From contig CAZRMJ010000003.1 in assembly GCA_964601175.1 (NCBI GenBank), positions 27 to 64,026 on the forward strand: DNA of 64,000 nt, written 5' to 3'. The DNA comes from Candidatus Woesearchaeota archaeon. GTDB taxonomy: Archaea > Nanobdellota > Nanobdellia > Pacearchaeales > GW2011-AR1. This document shows positions 45,120-54,597 of this stretch, piece by piece; position 1 is the first letter of the stretch; every line of letters begins with the position of its first letter. The translations under genes were made by a program, and so were the position numbers. A model generated the notes under the pieces. It searched no databases and was not told the DNA's origin. It saw only the letters and a list, made by a program, of their open reading frames with translations.

Positions 45120-48100
45120 CTAACCTCCAACTCCTGCAGCATAAGTATCTCCCGTACCTAAAACTATAGTGAATGTAATAGTAGAAGATCTAGATCCTGG
45201 ATTTTCCGAAGAAGGAACTGTAACGTTGATATCTATCTCTGCACTATCTGAAGAGTACGTATAATTAAGATCTGTAATTATCTTAGTATTATTTGAAGTT
45301 TGAGGGACAGGGAAATAAGTAGTTTTAGAAGTTGGCCATTTAAATGAACCATTTTCAGAAATTCCATTTGTAGTAACATTATCTGCTTTAGCTAAATAAT
45401 AAGATGAAGGATTTGTTAAACTCTGCCAAAGATCAGTAGCTTGAATAGAAATATCGACGAGAGAGTTACCTTGATTAACCAATATAATCGGATTAGGAGA
45501 ATTATCTACAGTATCATTGGATGCAAGATAATTCAAATTACCGAAGTCTATCGAACTTATGTTCATTATAGTATCTAAATAAGCCTGGACGCTAAGCCTA
45601 TATTTAGGAGAATAAGAACCATAATTAACCCCATCATCAGAAGCAGAAGCACTCCAAATATAACGATCATTATTATCAATCAAACAATTGAATCCCAAGA
45701 ATAGCGTAGAAATATCAAATGTATTAATAAATTCAGGCTCATAAATATTTGCTCCATTGAAACTAGAATCTGTGCATACTGAAGAACCAGAAAGACTAAT
45801 ATTGAATCTGGAAGAGACTATCGAATCACCATCATCATCACTAATTGCAATAGAAAATATTTGAGAAGTCCTATTAAAAGTAACAGAGCTATTTATTGGA
45901 GATATCAAACTTACATTTGGAAGACTATTAAGAATAGTTAAATTACTTGAATTAACTGAAAAAGAAGAAAATCCATCATTTAATATCAATTGGGCAGACC
46001 AGTTCTGACCTTTAGTTGTGTTTCCATAACCCAAAGAAGCAATAAATGTAGTGCCATTAGCATAACTAGAATTATAAGGTATAGATAGATGTCTAACACT
46101 ATTATTATACCAAACTACTGTAACATTTATAGTATTATTGTTCTGATCCAACAGCGTTGTCCTTATATTCAAATTATCAAGAGTTTTATTTGTTCCTAAA
46201 GTAGAATTAATTACTAATGAAGTTCCATTATAAGGAGCAACATTTGTAGATACAGTTATAGTTCTAGTTTCAGTGGAATTAATATTTCCATAGATATCTT
46301 GAGCATAAGCTTTGAAATTGTGAGTTCCAGAAGAAACGCTAGAATAATCTATTAAGCTATATCTATCTGATTGGTTTTCATAAAGCTGTGCTATTTCAGT
46401 CTGAGACAAAGATCTATTGAAAAACATAACATTATCGATACTCCCATTGAAGTAATTTAGGGTCTGTGATCCTCCTTGACCTATAGTTACACTTCCAGAT
46501 ATAACATTACCAGGTGAAAAAGTAAATGGAGTACCATTAACTCCATTTTTGTATAATTTGGAATTAGAACCATTAGCAACTAAAGCAATTTGACTCCAAG
46601 AGTTTGCTGAAACTTGTAATTGAGTATCGGCAGCAGGAGGAGAAACAACAAAAACATTTCCAGTTGAATTTATTCCCAATCTATACTGGAAGTCTCCAAA
46701 AGCATCAGAATCTTCCCTAGAAAGAACATCTCCCCCAAGAGTAAAAGGCTTTATCCATGCGACAATAGTAAAACGATCTAAAACATCTAATGGAGCAGCT
46801 GGACTATTAGCAAGATCTGGATCTCCAAGATCCAAGTAATCTCCATTTCCATCAAAAGAAAATGAACCTCTAAACCTACCGCTTGAGTTAGGTGCAGCAT
46901 TTCCGTTAATTGTACCATTTATAACGCCAAGATAATCATAAACGATAGTAGGACTATAATCATCCATTCTCCACCATCCAACTAAAGATTTATCAAAATC
47001 AACGAAAACGCTAGTATTACTCAAATCAGAAACACTAACGTTTATTGAAAAACTACTAGATTGAGTACTAGCATTAACCGGAGTAGGTCCAGTAAAATTA
47101 ATAGTTGGAGGAATACCATCTGAAACCGTAAATGTTCTAGTCTCGCTAATTTTTTGATTTCCAGCATCATCTAAACAAGTAACATTCCAATAATGGTCGC
47201 TAATAGAAAATCCGCTAACACTTACATTAACAAGAGTATTGTTTGAAGAACCAATATTAGATTTGTTAACTGAATTATCTATAGTCAAATTACAGTTAAG
47301 GGAAGTATCTATAGCATCTGTAGCAGTCCAATTAAATGATATTGGAATTCCAGATGAACTAGTACTTGCATTAGAAGGAGCATTCAAAGTGATATTTGGA
47401 GCAGTAGAATCAATATAGAAAGTATATATTGGAGTTGCATTAAGAGCCCCAGTATCTCCGCTAACATTAGCCCTTAAGAAATATACTCCTTCATTTAGCC
47501 TGTATGCATTTAATATTTCTGAAGCAGTTAAAGTTCTATTATAAATAACAAGATCGTCAATTAATCCGGGAAAATAACCAGTAGCAATAGGGGCAGAGCC
47601 AACTCTTAAAGTCCCACTTATATTTGGAAGATAAGCCGAGTTTGTATTTAAAGTACTAGAAGAGTTAAGATAACCATTAACATAAGTAGCAGCATCTCCT
47701 GTAGCTCTATCAAAAGTAACTGCATAATGATACCAAGTAATATTTGGCATAAATATTGCACTAGTGCCAATTGCTACATTAGATGTGCCATTACCTGTAT
47801 CGAAAGAAATAGTTTTAGTCGAGTTTAAAAACTCGACATTATAACTTCTATTGACAAATGTACCGACTCCAGATCTAGAAACTGGAGATGGCCAACTATA
47901 AATAGTATCATTAAGGGATAAATTAAACCAAAACATAATAGTTATCTGCCCAGTAAAGTATGGAGACGCAAGCAAAGTATTTTCTGAAAATGATATCACT
48001 TGGCTTCGATTGCCTCTAAAAGCATTTCCTAAACCAGTTATACTTTTTTGTCTACCTCCTTCAGCATTAGTCACGGTACCATTAAATTGACCGGTCGCGA

Positions 48101-51100
48101 AATCCGTTACAGTAGTTCTATTTTCTCCATAATAAGAATTATTATCAAAATGATACAATAAGATCATTCCATTAGGATCATAATCTAAAGGAGGGATACT
48201 ATAATTGAAAGATATATTTCCGGCAACAACAGGAAAACTATCGGTAGAATAAACAAGATGATCATTTTTGAAAGGAGAACTTTTACTTATGTAAAAATAA
48301 GAATAATTATAATCGCCCCCTAGATAATAACTATCATTTACATATAAGGTAATATTAACTGCTCTAACTGAAGTAGAAGAACCATTAATTGGAGAAGTTA
48401 AATTAAATGTGCCTATAGGCAAATCATCAACTCCTGAAATAGTAGGAAGTTCTATTACTTGCCAAGTTCCAGTTTGAACGTTAGAAGTAGTAGCCCTGGT
48501 TAGATTTATAGTATTTGTACTAGAAATATTAATAGTCCCCATAGAATTTTGCCAACTAGTACCAGTTCCAGTATTGTTGAACCAAAGAGTAGCAAATGAC
48601 CTATTCAACTCAACAGCATTTATAGAAATAGAGTTACTAGTAAATACTTGTTGACCTGTTTGAACTTTAGCCCCTGGAGTAGAAATTACATACCATTTAG
48701 CCATAACATTACCATTACCCGAAGCAGCAAGCCTAGAAAACCTAAAAGTGGTCTGATTAAGAGGTTCTACAGTTACACCTACATATCCTAAACCTATAGC
48801 CGTATCATTAGTAGTTTCTGAAAAATAATACCAAGTACTTCCTAAATCAACAGGATTAACATTTGCATAAGATGGAGAGGCAGTAGTTCCTACATTAGAA
48901 ATTTCTCCTTGCTGAATAGTAGACCCATCATTAAATTCTGTAACAAAATAAGAAACATTACCTGCACATGCTCCAGAAGAATCTCTTCTCAATTCAAGAT
49001 TTGTAGAGCTAGTTATATTTGCAATCCAGAATATTTCATGACCATCTGCATTAGAAGCTGAAGCACAACTAGCAAAATTAATAAAAGCAACGGATCTAGA
49101 AACATTAACTGAATTAATAGTTACGTTAAAAGATTTATCGGTAAGACTATAATTCTTACTACCATTCTGAACATTAATATAATTTCCTTCTATGACATAC
49201 CAATCAAATATAGCTCCAGCTTCTGTACTTACCTTTACAATATTAAACCTAGTCCCATTTACCCATTCTGCATAAGCCCCAGAATCCGCAGGAACTTCTT
49301 CAGCTACAGGAGCTCTCCTAGTAAGTAAAATAAATGCCCTAGAGTTATTAACTGATCTTGACAAATTAATCGGAGTTATTTGACTAGCACCGAGCACATT
49401 TTCACCATGCTCTGTCCACCAAGAAGGATTAGGAGACAAAGGATCAATTATATGATCGAATTGAATATCTCCTCCAGTAACATAAAGATCAAAAGTATCT
49501 TGAGATCCTTGAAGGCCAGATAAAATTACTCTGTTATAGCTTTCATTTTCAATAGATGAAAACTGAGCAATTTGAACAGTTTGATTATATTCATAGACAA
49601 TTATTGATGGACTTCCAGAAATAATTCTAGGATACAAGGTGATATCATTTTTAGAAGTAAGATTATGTTCAAAAGTAACTCTCACATAATGTCCCCCTGG
49701 AATAGTTTCGCTCCAAACACCATCAAGAGCTTTAGTTTCATTATAGATATTGGAAACAAAAATCCTACTCTGATCTAAATGTTGAGCATTAGTTATAACA
49801 ATTATATTGAAAGTCTGATTACTAAGGTGTGGAGCGATCCACTCAACATAGTCATAATAACCGTCGCCATCAGTATCATTAGCATAATAAATATCAAGCA
49901 ACGAGTTATTCTCGACCCATTCTATTTTTATATCTGCAAGATTATTTATCCTAAGCCCATTAGATAAATTAGTAAATATCAAAACATTTTCATAGTGAAC
50001 ATCATTAGGGCTTGAAACGTGAACTATTTTTTTATTACCTTCATCTTCTTCAGTAGAAGTAGGTGCATCAGTATAATATTCAATTTCGACAAGATCATCA
50101 GTTTGATCAATTTCAAGAGATATTTCCGAAGTAGCACTTGCGGATTGATCTTCAACAACTCTTCCAGTTAAAGCAAAAAACTCAAGTATCTTTGAAATAA
50201 AAGATTTTTTAGAAACGCCTATATTAGCAACAACTCCTCCAGTTATTGGAGAAAGAGAATTATCAGAAACACTTTCACCATTCAATTTTATTTTATTAAC
50301 TGTAATATTATCTGCACTTGAAGGAACTTCGATAATTAAACTAGAAGTATCATTTGCATCAACTTCTATAGTCTTTTTCCATTTAACTGGCTTGCCAATA
50401 ACTGCAGAAAATTGTTCAACAGTAACATTAGTTGATGATTCTACTATTAATGGCAACGTATCATTAATCAAACTAGTTTGATTAGTAACCGTAAAATTAG
50501 AAACAATAGTGGAATTGCTTAAAGTATTATTAGAAGGAATAGTCTGATTTGAAGTTGATCCGTTTAAATCTGGTGAAACATTAGAATCTTCTACTACTCC
50601 TGAGGATCCAGAATCAGAAGAAGAATCAATTTCAGAATTATCTGATATGATAACTATGTTTTTAGAATCTTGAGAGATTACATCATTTCCATAACTTAAA
50701 ACTATAGATATCTCAGAATTTTCTGTAGCAATTAAACCAAAGCTTTCAAGATTAAGAGATATTGTTTCCTTTTTATTTCCAGCAAAATCTTCCCCATAAC
50801 CTTCCTGATCAATTGAATAGCTAGTTGAAACAGTTACCTCTCCATTTTTAATTTTAATTTTTACAGAATTATCATCTAGCATTTCCCCATTATAATAAAC
50901 ACTTCCAGAAACTAATTCAACAGTTTCACCATCATTTAATGAATATGTAAATTCTTTATCCTTAGAAACTCTTCCAGAAATAGTATCTTCAGAGATAACT
51001 GATCCTGTGATAGCTGACTGATCTGAATTTTCTGAAGAACTAGTGGAATCAGATGGAGTCTCCGAAGAAGAGGTTTCCAAATCTGAAGATTGTGAAGATC

Positions 51101-51734
51101 CCGTGTCAGCAGAAACTCCTTCAACATTCTGAGTATTTTCAGAAGTTTCAGACGAAACACTATTTTCAGAATTAGAATTACCAGAAGATTTAGAATCCTT
51201 AACTATGCGAAGATCAAAATCGACAAAAGGATATTCTTTATTTGTTCCAATCAAACCATAACCATTACCGTAACCTTCAATAGAAACACTTTTAGAATAA
51301 AAATTACCTTGTACAGCAGGTTCATTTACTAAAGAAGAAAGAACAAAATCCTTAGTAATATTTCCATATTTAACAGTCACAATAGAATCGGAAGGTATTA
51401 GTTCTCCCTGAGCTAAATTTAAATTAAACTTGCCATTTATAATATCTCCAACATTATAAGTATCATGAACTTCCAAAGAAACATTTCCAGTAATATTCAA
51501 AGGAATTAAAAACAAAGCAAGAGAAAAAAACGCTACATAAAAAACAAAAAGCAATTTATGTTTTGAAAAAAAGTTATTTTCAATATCTGAACCAAGATAT
51601 TTTGTTACAATTTTTCCATTAATTCTTTTAGTCTCATAATAATATGGACCAAAACGTTTGCCATCTTTATACGTATATTTTTTATGCACCACTTTCAGTT
51701 CTCTTACACTCTTTTTTAGATAAAAGAAAAGCAA
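45120..51734 (-). CDS. Giant (~2190-2204 aa) surface protein: basic cytoplasmic N-terminus, TM anchor, Ser-rich region, one HLD..FDHIIDP module, two LamG/ConA-like domains, Ig-like domains, C-terminal TasA-like domain
   Basis: Uninterrupted 6.6-kb ORF with no in-frame ATG near the 5' end. The track start is TTG at 51734. GTG at 51692 or 51689 fits better with the TATA-like TTATAAATA at about 51739-51747. LamG-like signatures LLYHFDNN...ITIMFWFNL...LVIYNRTLTASEI and LVGWWRMDD...FTIVAWIKP...VMFFNRSLSQTEI. Confidence 0.85.
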   Translation of the reverse strand: MLFFYLKKSVRELKVVHKKYTYKDGKRFGPYYYETKRINGKIVTKYLGSDIENNFFSKHKLLFVFYVAFFSLALFLIPLNITGNVSLEVHDTYNVGDIINGKFNLNLAQGELIPSDSIVTVKYGNITKDFVLSSLVNEPAVQGNFYSKSVSIEGYGNGYGLIGTNKEYPFVDFDLRIVKDSKSSGNSNSENSVSSETSENTQNVEGVSADTGSSQSSDLETSSSETPSDSTSSSENSDQSAITGSVISEDTISGRVSKDKEFTYSLNDGETVELVSGSVYYNGEMLDDNSVKIKIKNGEVTVSTSYSIDQEGYGEDFAGNKKETISLNLESFGLIATENSEISIVLSYGNDVISQDSKNIVIISDNSEIDSSSDSGSSGVVEDSNVSPDLNGSTSNQTIPSNNTLSNSTIVSNFTVTNQTSLINDTLPLIVESSTNVTVEQFSAVIGKPVKWKKTIEVDANDTSSLIIEVPSSADNITVNKIKLNGESVSDNSLSPITGGVVANIGVSKKSFISKILEFFALTGRVVEDQSASATSEISLEIDQTDDLVEIEYYTDAPTSTEEDEGNKKIVHVSSPNDVHYENVLIFTNLSNGLRINNLADIKIEWVENNSLLDIYYANDTDGDGYYDYVEWIAPHLSNQTFNIIVITNAQHLDQSRIFVSNIYNETKALDGVWSETIPGGHYVRVTFEHNLTSKNDITLYPRIISGSPSIIVYEYNQTVQIAQFSSIENESYNRVILSGLQGSQDTFDLYVTGGDIQFDHIIDPLSPNPSWWTEHGENVLGASQITPINLSRSVNNSRAFILLTRRAPVAEEVPADSGAYAEWVNGTRFNIVKVSTEAGAIFDWYVIEGNYINVQNGSKNYSLTDKSFNVTINSVNVSRSVAFINFASCASASNADGHEIFWIANITSSTNLELRRDSSGACAGNVSYFVTEFNDGSTIQQGEISNVGTTASPSYANVNPVDLGSTWYYFSETTNDTAIGLGYVGVTVEPLNQTTFRFSRLAASGNGNVMAKWYVISTPGAKVQTGQQVFTSNSISINAVELNRSFATLWFNNTGTGTSWQNSMGTINISSTNTINLTRATTSNVQTGTWQVIELPTISGVDDLPIGTFNLTSPINGSSTSVRAVNITLYVNDSYYLGGDYNYSYFYISKSSPFKNDHLVYSTDSFPVVAGNISFNYSIPPLDYDPNGMILLYHFDNNSYYGENRTTVTDFATGQFNGTVTNAEGGRQKSITGLGNAFRGNRSQVISFSENTLLASPYFTGQITIMFWFNLSLNDTIYSWPSPVSRSGVGTFVNRSYNVEFLNSTKTISFDTGNGTSNVAIGTSAIFMPNITWYHYAVTFDRATGDAATYVNGYLNSSSTLNTNSAYLPNISGTLRVGSAPIATGYFPGLIDDLVIYNRTLTASEILNAYRLNEGVYFLRANVSGDTGALNATPIYTFYIDSTAPNITLNAPSNASTSSSGIPISFNWTATDAIDTSLNCNLTIDNSVNKSNIGSSNNTLVNVSVSGFSISDHYWNVTCLDDAGNQKISETRTFTVSDGIPPTINFTGPTPVNASTQSSSFSINVSVSDLSNTSVFVDFDKSLVGWWRMDDYSPTIVYDYLGVINGTINGNAAPNSSGRFRGSFSFDGNGDYLDLGDPDLANSPAAPLDVLDRFTIVAWIKPFTLGGDVLSREDSDAFGDFQYRLGINSTGNVFVVSPPAADTQLQVSANSWSQIALVANGSNSKLYKNGVNGTPFTFSPGNVISGSVTIGQGGSQTLNYFNGSIDNVMFFNRSLSQTEIAQLYENQSDRYSLIDYSSVSSGTHNFKAYAQDIYGNINSTETRTITVSTNVAPYNGTSLVINSTLGTNKTLDNLNIRTTLLDQNNNTINVTVVWYNNSVRHLSIPYNSSYANGTTFIASLGYGNTTKGQNWSAQLILNDGFSSFSVNSSNLTILNSLPNVSLISPINSSVTFNRTSQIFSIAISDDDGDSIVSSRFNISLSGSSVCTDSSFNGANIYEPEFINTFDISTLFLGFNCLIDNNDRYIWSASASDDGVNYGSYSPKYRLSVQAYLDTIMNISSIDFGNLNYLASNDTVDNSPNPIILVNQGNSLVDISIQATDLWQSLTNPSSYYLAKADNVTTNGISENGSFKWPTSKTTYFPVPQTSNNTKIITDLNYTYSSDSAEIDINVTVPSSENPGSRSSTITFTIVLGTGDTYAAGVGG

Positions 51735-51776
51735 ACCTTATTTATAAGCATTTCCAGAAGAAATAATCTAGTTCTC

Positions 51777-52160
51777 TTACAACTTTTTTTGATAATCTGG
51801 AGAATATTTTAGCCTATAATGCAAACGTTCAATATTTTCATCACAAACAAAATCATGTTGCCTAAATCCGCCGCCAAAAGTTTTAGGAATATGCAACAAT
51901 TCATGAATAATAACCTTATCTTGATCTGACAAACTAAGCTTATCAAACTTTTCTAAAAACTCAATAGTGTAAAAAGCAGGGACTTTCATTCCTTTTTGCA
52001 TAACCTTGCCTATAGTGTGACATCTAGCAATAGTTCTTTTAGTACTAGATCCAAAACTTCTAAGACATTCAACCCTATCTAGATTTATATGGTCCATTTG
52101 AAGTTTGGCAACAATCTCAGAAAGTCTTGCTTTCAAATCTGGAGCATAATCATACCTCAT
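51777..52160 (-). CDS. Small HExxH metallopeptidase (SprT/WLM-like or COG4900-type)
   Basis: VIIHELLHIPKTFGGGFRQH. 127 aa. The family was assigned by eye. Confidence 0.65.
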   Translation of the reverse strand: MRYDYAPDLKARLSEIVAKLQMDHINLDRVECLRSFGSSTKRTIARCHTIGKVMQKGMKVPAFYTIEFLEKFDKLSLSDQDKVIIHELLHIPKTFGGGFRQHDFVCDENIERLHYRLKYSPDYQKKL

Positions 52161-52180
52161 AAAACAAAAGATAAAATAAC

Positions 52181-52402
52181 TTATTTAATGATTTCTATTA
52201 TTTTGTTTCTAGATTTTGGATTTTTTATCAAAACCTTTCTGAAATCAACTCCAAATTCCTTAGAAACAATTTTAATAATAGAAGCATTAGCCTTACCATC
52301 AACAGCCTTCTCAATCGTATGAATCAGATAAGTTCCATCTTCCTGTTTTTCAAAGTTATTTTTTAATGAGCCAGGTTTAACTTTAGCACGAATAATCATC
52401 AT
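52181..52402 (-). CDS. DUF167 (YggU/UPF0235) family protein
   Basis: RAKVKPGSLKN...VDGKANASIIKIVSKEFGV...NPKSRNKIIEI matches the DUF167 pattern. The ATG overlaps the upstream TGA (TGATG). Confidence 0.7.
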   Translation of the reverse strand: MMIIRAKVKPGSLKNNFEKQEDGTYLIHTIEKAVDGKANASIIKIVSKEFGVDFRKVLIKNPKSRNKIIEIIK

Positions 52403-53577
52403 CACCTTGTCATAATTTCAAGACCGTCAAGATGCTTAATAATATAATCTTTTCCAACTGCCTGTTTAGTCTTCAAATTAATAGCCTTAACAAATTTATC
52501 TCCTATGTCTGTGTGTAATTTATATGCAAAATCTAATGCAGTTGATCCAGGAGGCATTAAAAAGCAATCTGGAAGAACATTACCTTTACTATCTTCCATT
52601 TTAGAACCGGCTGGAAAAACAGCAATATACTTCAGCAAATCAAAAACCACTGAATTAAGAACTTTTTGAACTCCTGTATCTCCAAAATTATCCATAACTT
52701 GTTTAATCTTATCAAGAGCATTTTTTTGTTGCTCATTTAAATCGCCTGAAACAACAAAATCATTCTCTCCAGGAATATATTTGATCATTCCAGCTTTATC
52801 TGCTTGACGAAGACTAAGTTCTCCATCTGCAAAACATGGAACAATAGTATAATGAAACTTTTCTTTTACATTATTAAAATTTTTAATCCCATTTGGCCTA
52901 TCAACTTTATTGGCTGCAATAATCATAGGTTTAGTATAAATTCTCAAAGCCCTTGCAAAATTAAATAATGTTTTATCATCCCAAACAGATGGTCTTGAAA
53001 CATCAAGTTTTTCTTTTAGGACAACATGATTTACATCATCCTCTGTAACCTTAAGCCCAGAAAATTGTTTGGCAATAGTTTTAGAAAATTGACCTTTCTG
53101 CATTTCCATAGATTTCATTATAGTAGTCCAAGCTCTTTTCAAAACGCCAAGATACCATAAATCAAGTTCTCTTTCAATAAGAGAAATATCTTTAGAAGGA
53201 TCATAATCTGTAGTAGGCTTTCCTTCAGAATCTGTTTCTCCAGACATATCTACAACATGAATAAATGCGTCAACTCCTGCAAGATCATCTAAGAATTGAT
53301 TTCCAAGACCCTTTCCTTCAGAAGCGCCTTCAACTAATCCTGCTACATCGAATAAGTCTACTGGAACAAATCTAAAACCCTCTCTTACATAACCTTGTCT
53401 AGGATTAGACACCTTTCCAAAATCAGCAGCTAAATCATGTATCTTAACATAAGCAATACCGTGATTTGGTTTTATAGTCGCAAAAGGATAATTTGCAATT
53501 AAAACATCAGAAAGAGTAGCAGCCTTGAAAAAAGTAGATTTTCCACAATTTGGTTTTCCAACTAATCCTAATATCAT
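52402..53577 (-). CDS. ychF: Obg-like ATPase/GTPase of the YchF/OLA1 type with C-terminal TGS-like domain
   Basis: G1 GLVGKPNCGKSTFF, NYPFATIKPNHG, G3 DVAGLV, G4 ANKVD, and a C-terminal TGS-like region ALDFAYKLHTDIGDKF. Confidence 0.85.
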   Translation of the reverse strand: MILGLVGKPNCGKSTFFKAATLSDVLIANYPFATIKPNHGIAYVKIHDLAADFGKVSNPRQGYVREGFRFVPVDLFDVAGLVEGASEGKGLGNQFLDDLAGVDAFIHVVDMSGETDSEGKPTTDYDPSKDISLIERELDLWYLGVLKRAWTTIMKSMEMQKGQFSKTIAKQFSGLKVTEDDVNHVVLKEKLDVSRPSVWDDKTLFNFARALRIYTKPMIIAANKVDRPNGIKNFNNVKEKFHYTIVPCFADGELSLRQADKAGMIKYIPGENDFVVSGDLNEQQKNALDKIKQVMDNFGDTGVQKVLNSVVFDLLKYIAVFPAGSKMEDSKGNVLPDCFLMPPGSTALDFAYKLHTDIGDKFVKAINLKTKQAVGKDYIIKHLDGLEIMTR

Positions 53578-53633
53578 AAAATCTCCACTATATGTTTAAA
53601 CATAATTGAGCAACTTTATCTTGATTTAAAAGA

Positions 53634-53942
53634 TTAATGTTTCCCGAAATTAAAGCCATATTTATCTAAATCTATAATCCCGTTAATTATTTCGACACCT
53701 TCAGACCTTAATCTAGAAACCTTAGCATTAGAACCTTTTGCATATCCTCCAACTTGTCCCGAACTCTTAATAACTCTATGGCAAGGATAAATACTTGTGT
53801 TGTGAGGATTCTTATTCATAGCATTTCCTACAGCCCTGTAAGCCTTAGTACCTAAAGCTTTGGCAATATTTCTATAAGTAGTAACTTTTCCACTTGGTAT
53901 TTTTTTAAGAAGATTCCAGCAAAGTTCATTGAATCCATTCAC
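53634..53942 (-). CDS. ogt: Methylated-DNA--protein-cysteine methyltransferase (single DNA-binding/active-site domain)
   Basis: IPSGKVTTYRNIA and the active site YPCHRVI. The likely start is GTG at 53942, overlapping the ogg TGA as GTGA. The track's TTG at 53972 is the alternative. Confidence 0.85.
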   Translation of the reverse strand: MNGFNELCWNLLKKIPSGKVTTYRNIAKALGTKAYRAVGNAMNKNPHNTSIYPCHRVIKSSGQVGGYAKGSNAKVSRLRSEGVEIINGIIDLDKYGFNFGKH

Positions 53943-54562
53943 TTCAAAACTTCTCCTGTTTTCATATACCAAAGAAAAAGATCTAATTTTGCAGGAGACA
54001 TCCTTAAAACACTTGAAAGATCAACAAACTTACGCTCAATTTCAAGATAAGTTTGAACATTAAGTTTCTTGGGTCTATCTATAATCTTATAATCTGATAA
54101 TAAACTCAAAATATGTCGATCTAATATCGCAAGATTTTGTCCCCCTGTATTTCTTATAAAATGCGATGCTTCTTTCATTCCAAGACCCTTTATATTTTCA
54201 ACAAGAAAATTTCTAGAATCAACTTCGGATAAGTCTTGCAAAATTTTCTTAATTTCAGTAAATTTACGAGCTTGTACAATGTATTTAGCTTTAACATTAT
54301 GAAATCTATGTTTGTTCAATTTTATGAGATTAGCAAGAGTTTCTTGAGATAATGTCTTAAAGCCTTCAGCTCTAATTTGATTTTGTATAGCCGCTCCCGT
54401 CTTTTGTTTAGCATTCGCAGTAAGAATACAAAAACATAACTCTGAAAACCATTCATCATCAGATTTATTCTTAAAAGATTGAAATTCTGCAAGTCTTTCA
54501 ATAATAGTATCATTAATAGAAGACTTTTCAAGTTCACGCACTTTCTCAACAAGTTCGTTCAT
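53939..54562 (-). CDS. ogg: 8-oxoguanine DNA glycosylase/AP lyase, archaeal Ogg2 type (HhH-GPD)
   Basis: ELCFCILTANA, HhH plus catalytic Lys in IKGLGMKEASHFIRNTG, and Asp in LAILDRHIL. 207 aa. Confidence 0.8.
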   Translation of the reverse strand: MNELVEKVRELEKSSINDTIIERLAEFQSFKNKSDDEWFSELCFCILTANAKQKTGAAIQNQIRAEGFKTLSQETLANLIKLNKHRFHNVKAKYIVQARKFTEIKKILQDLSEVDSRNFLVENIKGLGMKEASHFIRNTGGQNLAILDRHILSLLSDYKIIDRPKKLNVQTYLEIERKFVDLSSVLRMSPAKLDLFLWYMKTGEVLK

Positions 54563-54597
54563 ATAATTTAATGTTTTTTTAGATTATAATCTTTTCC

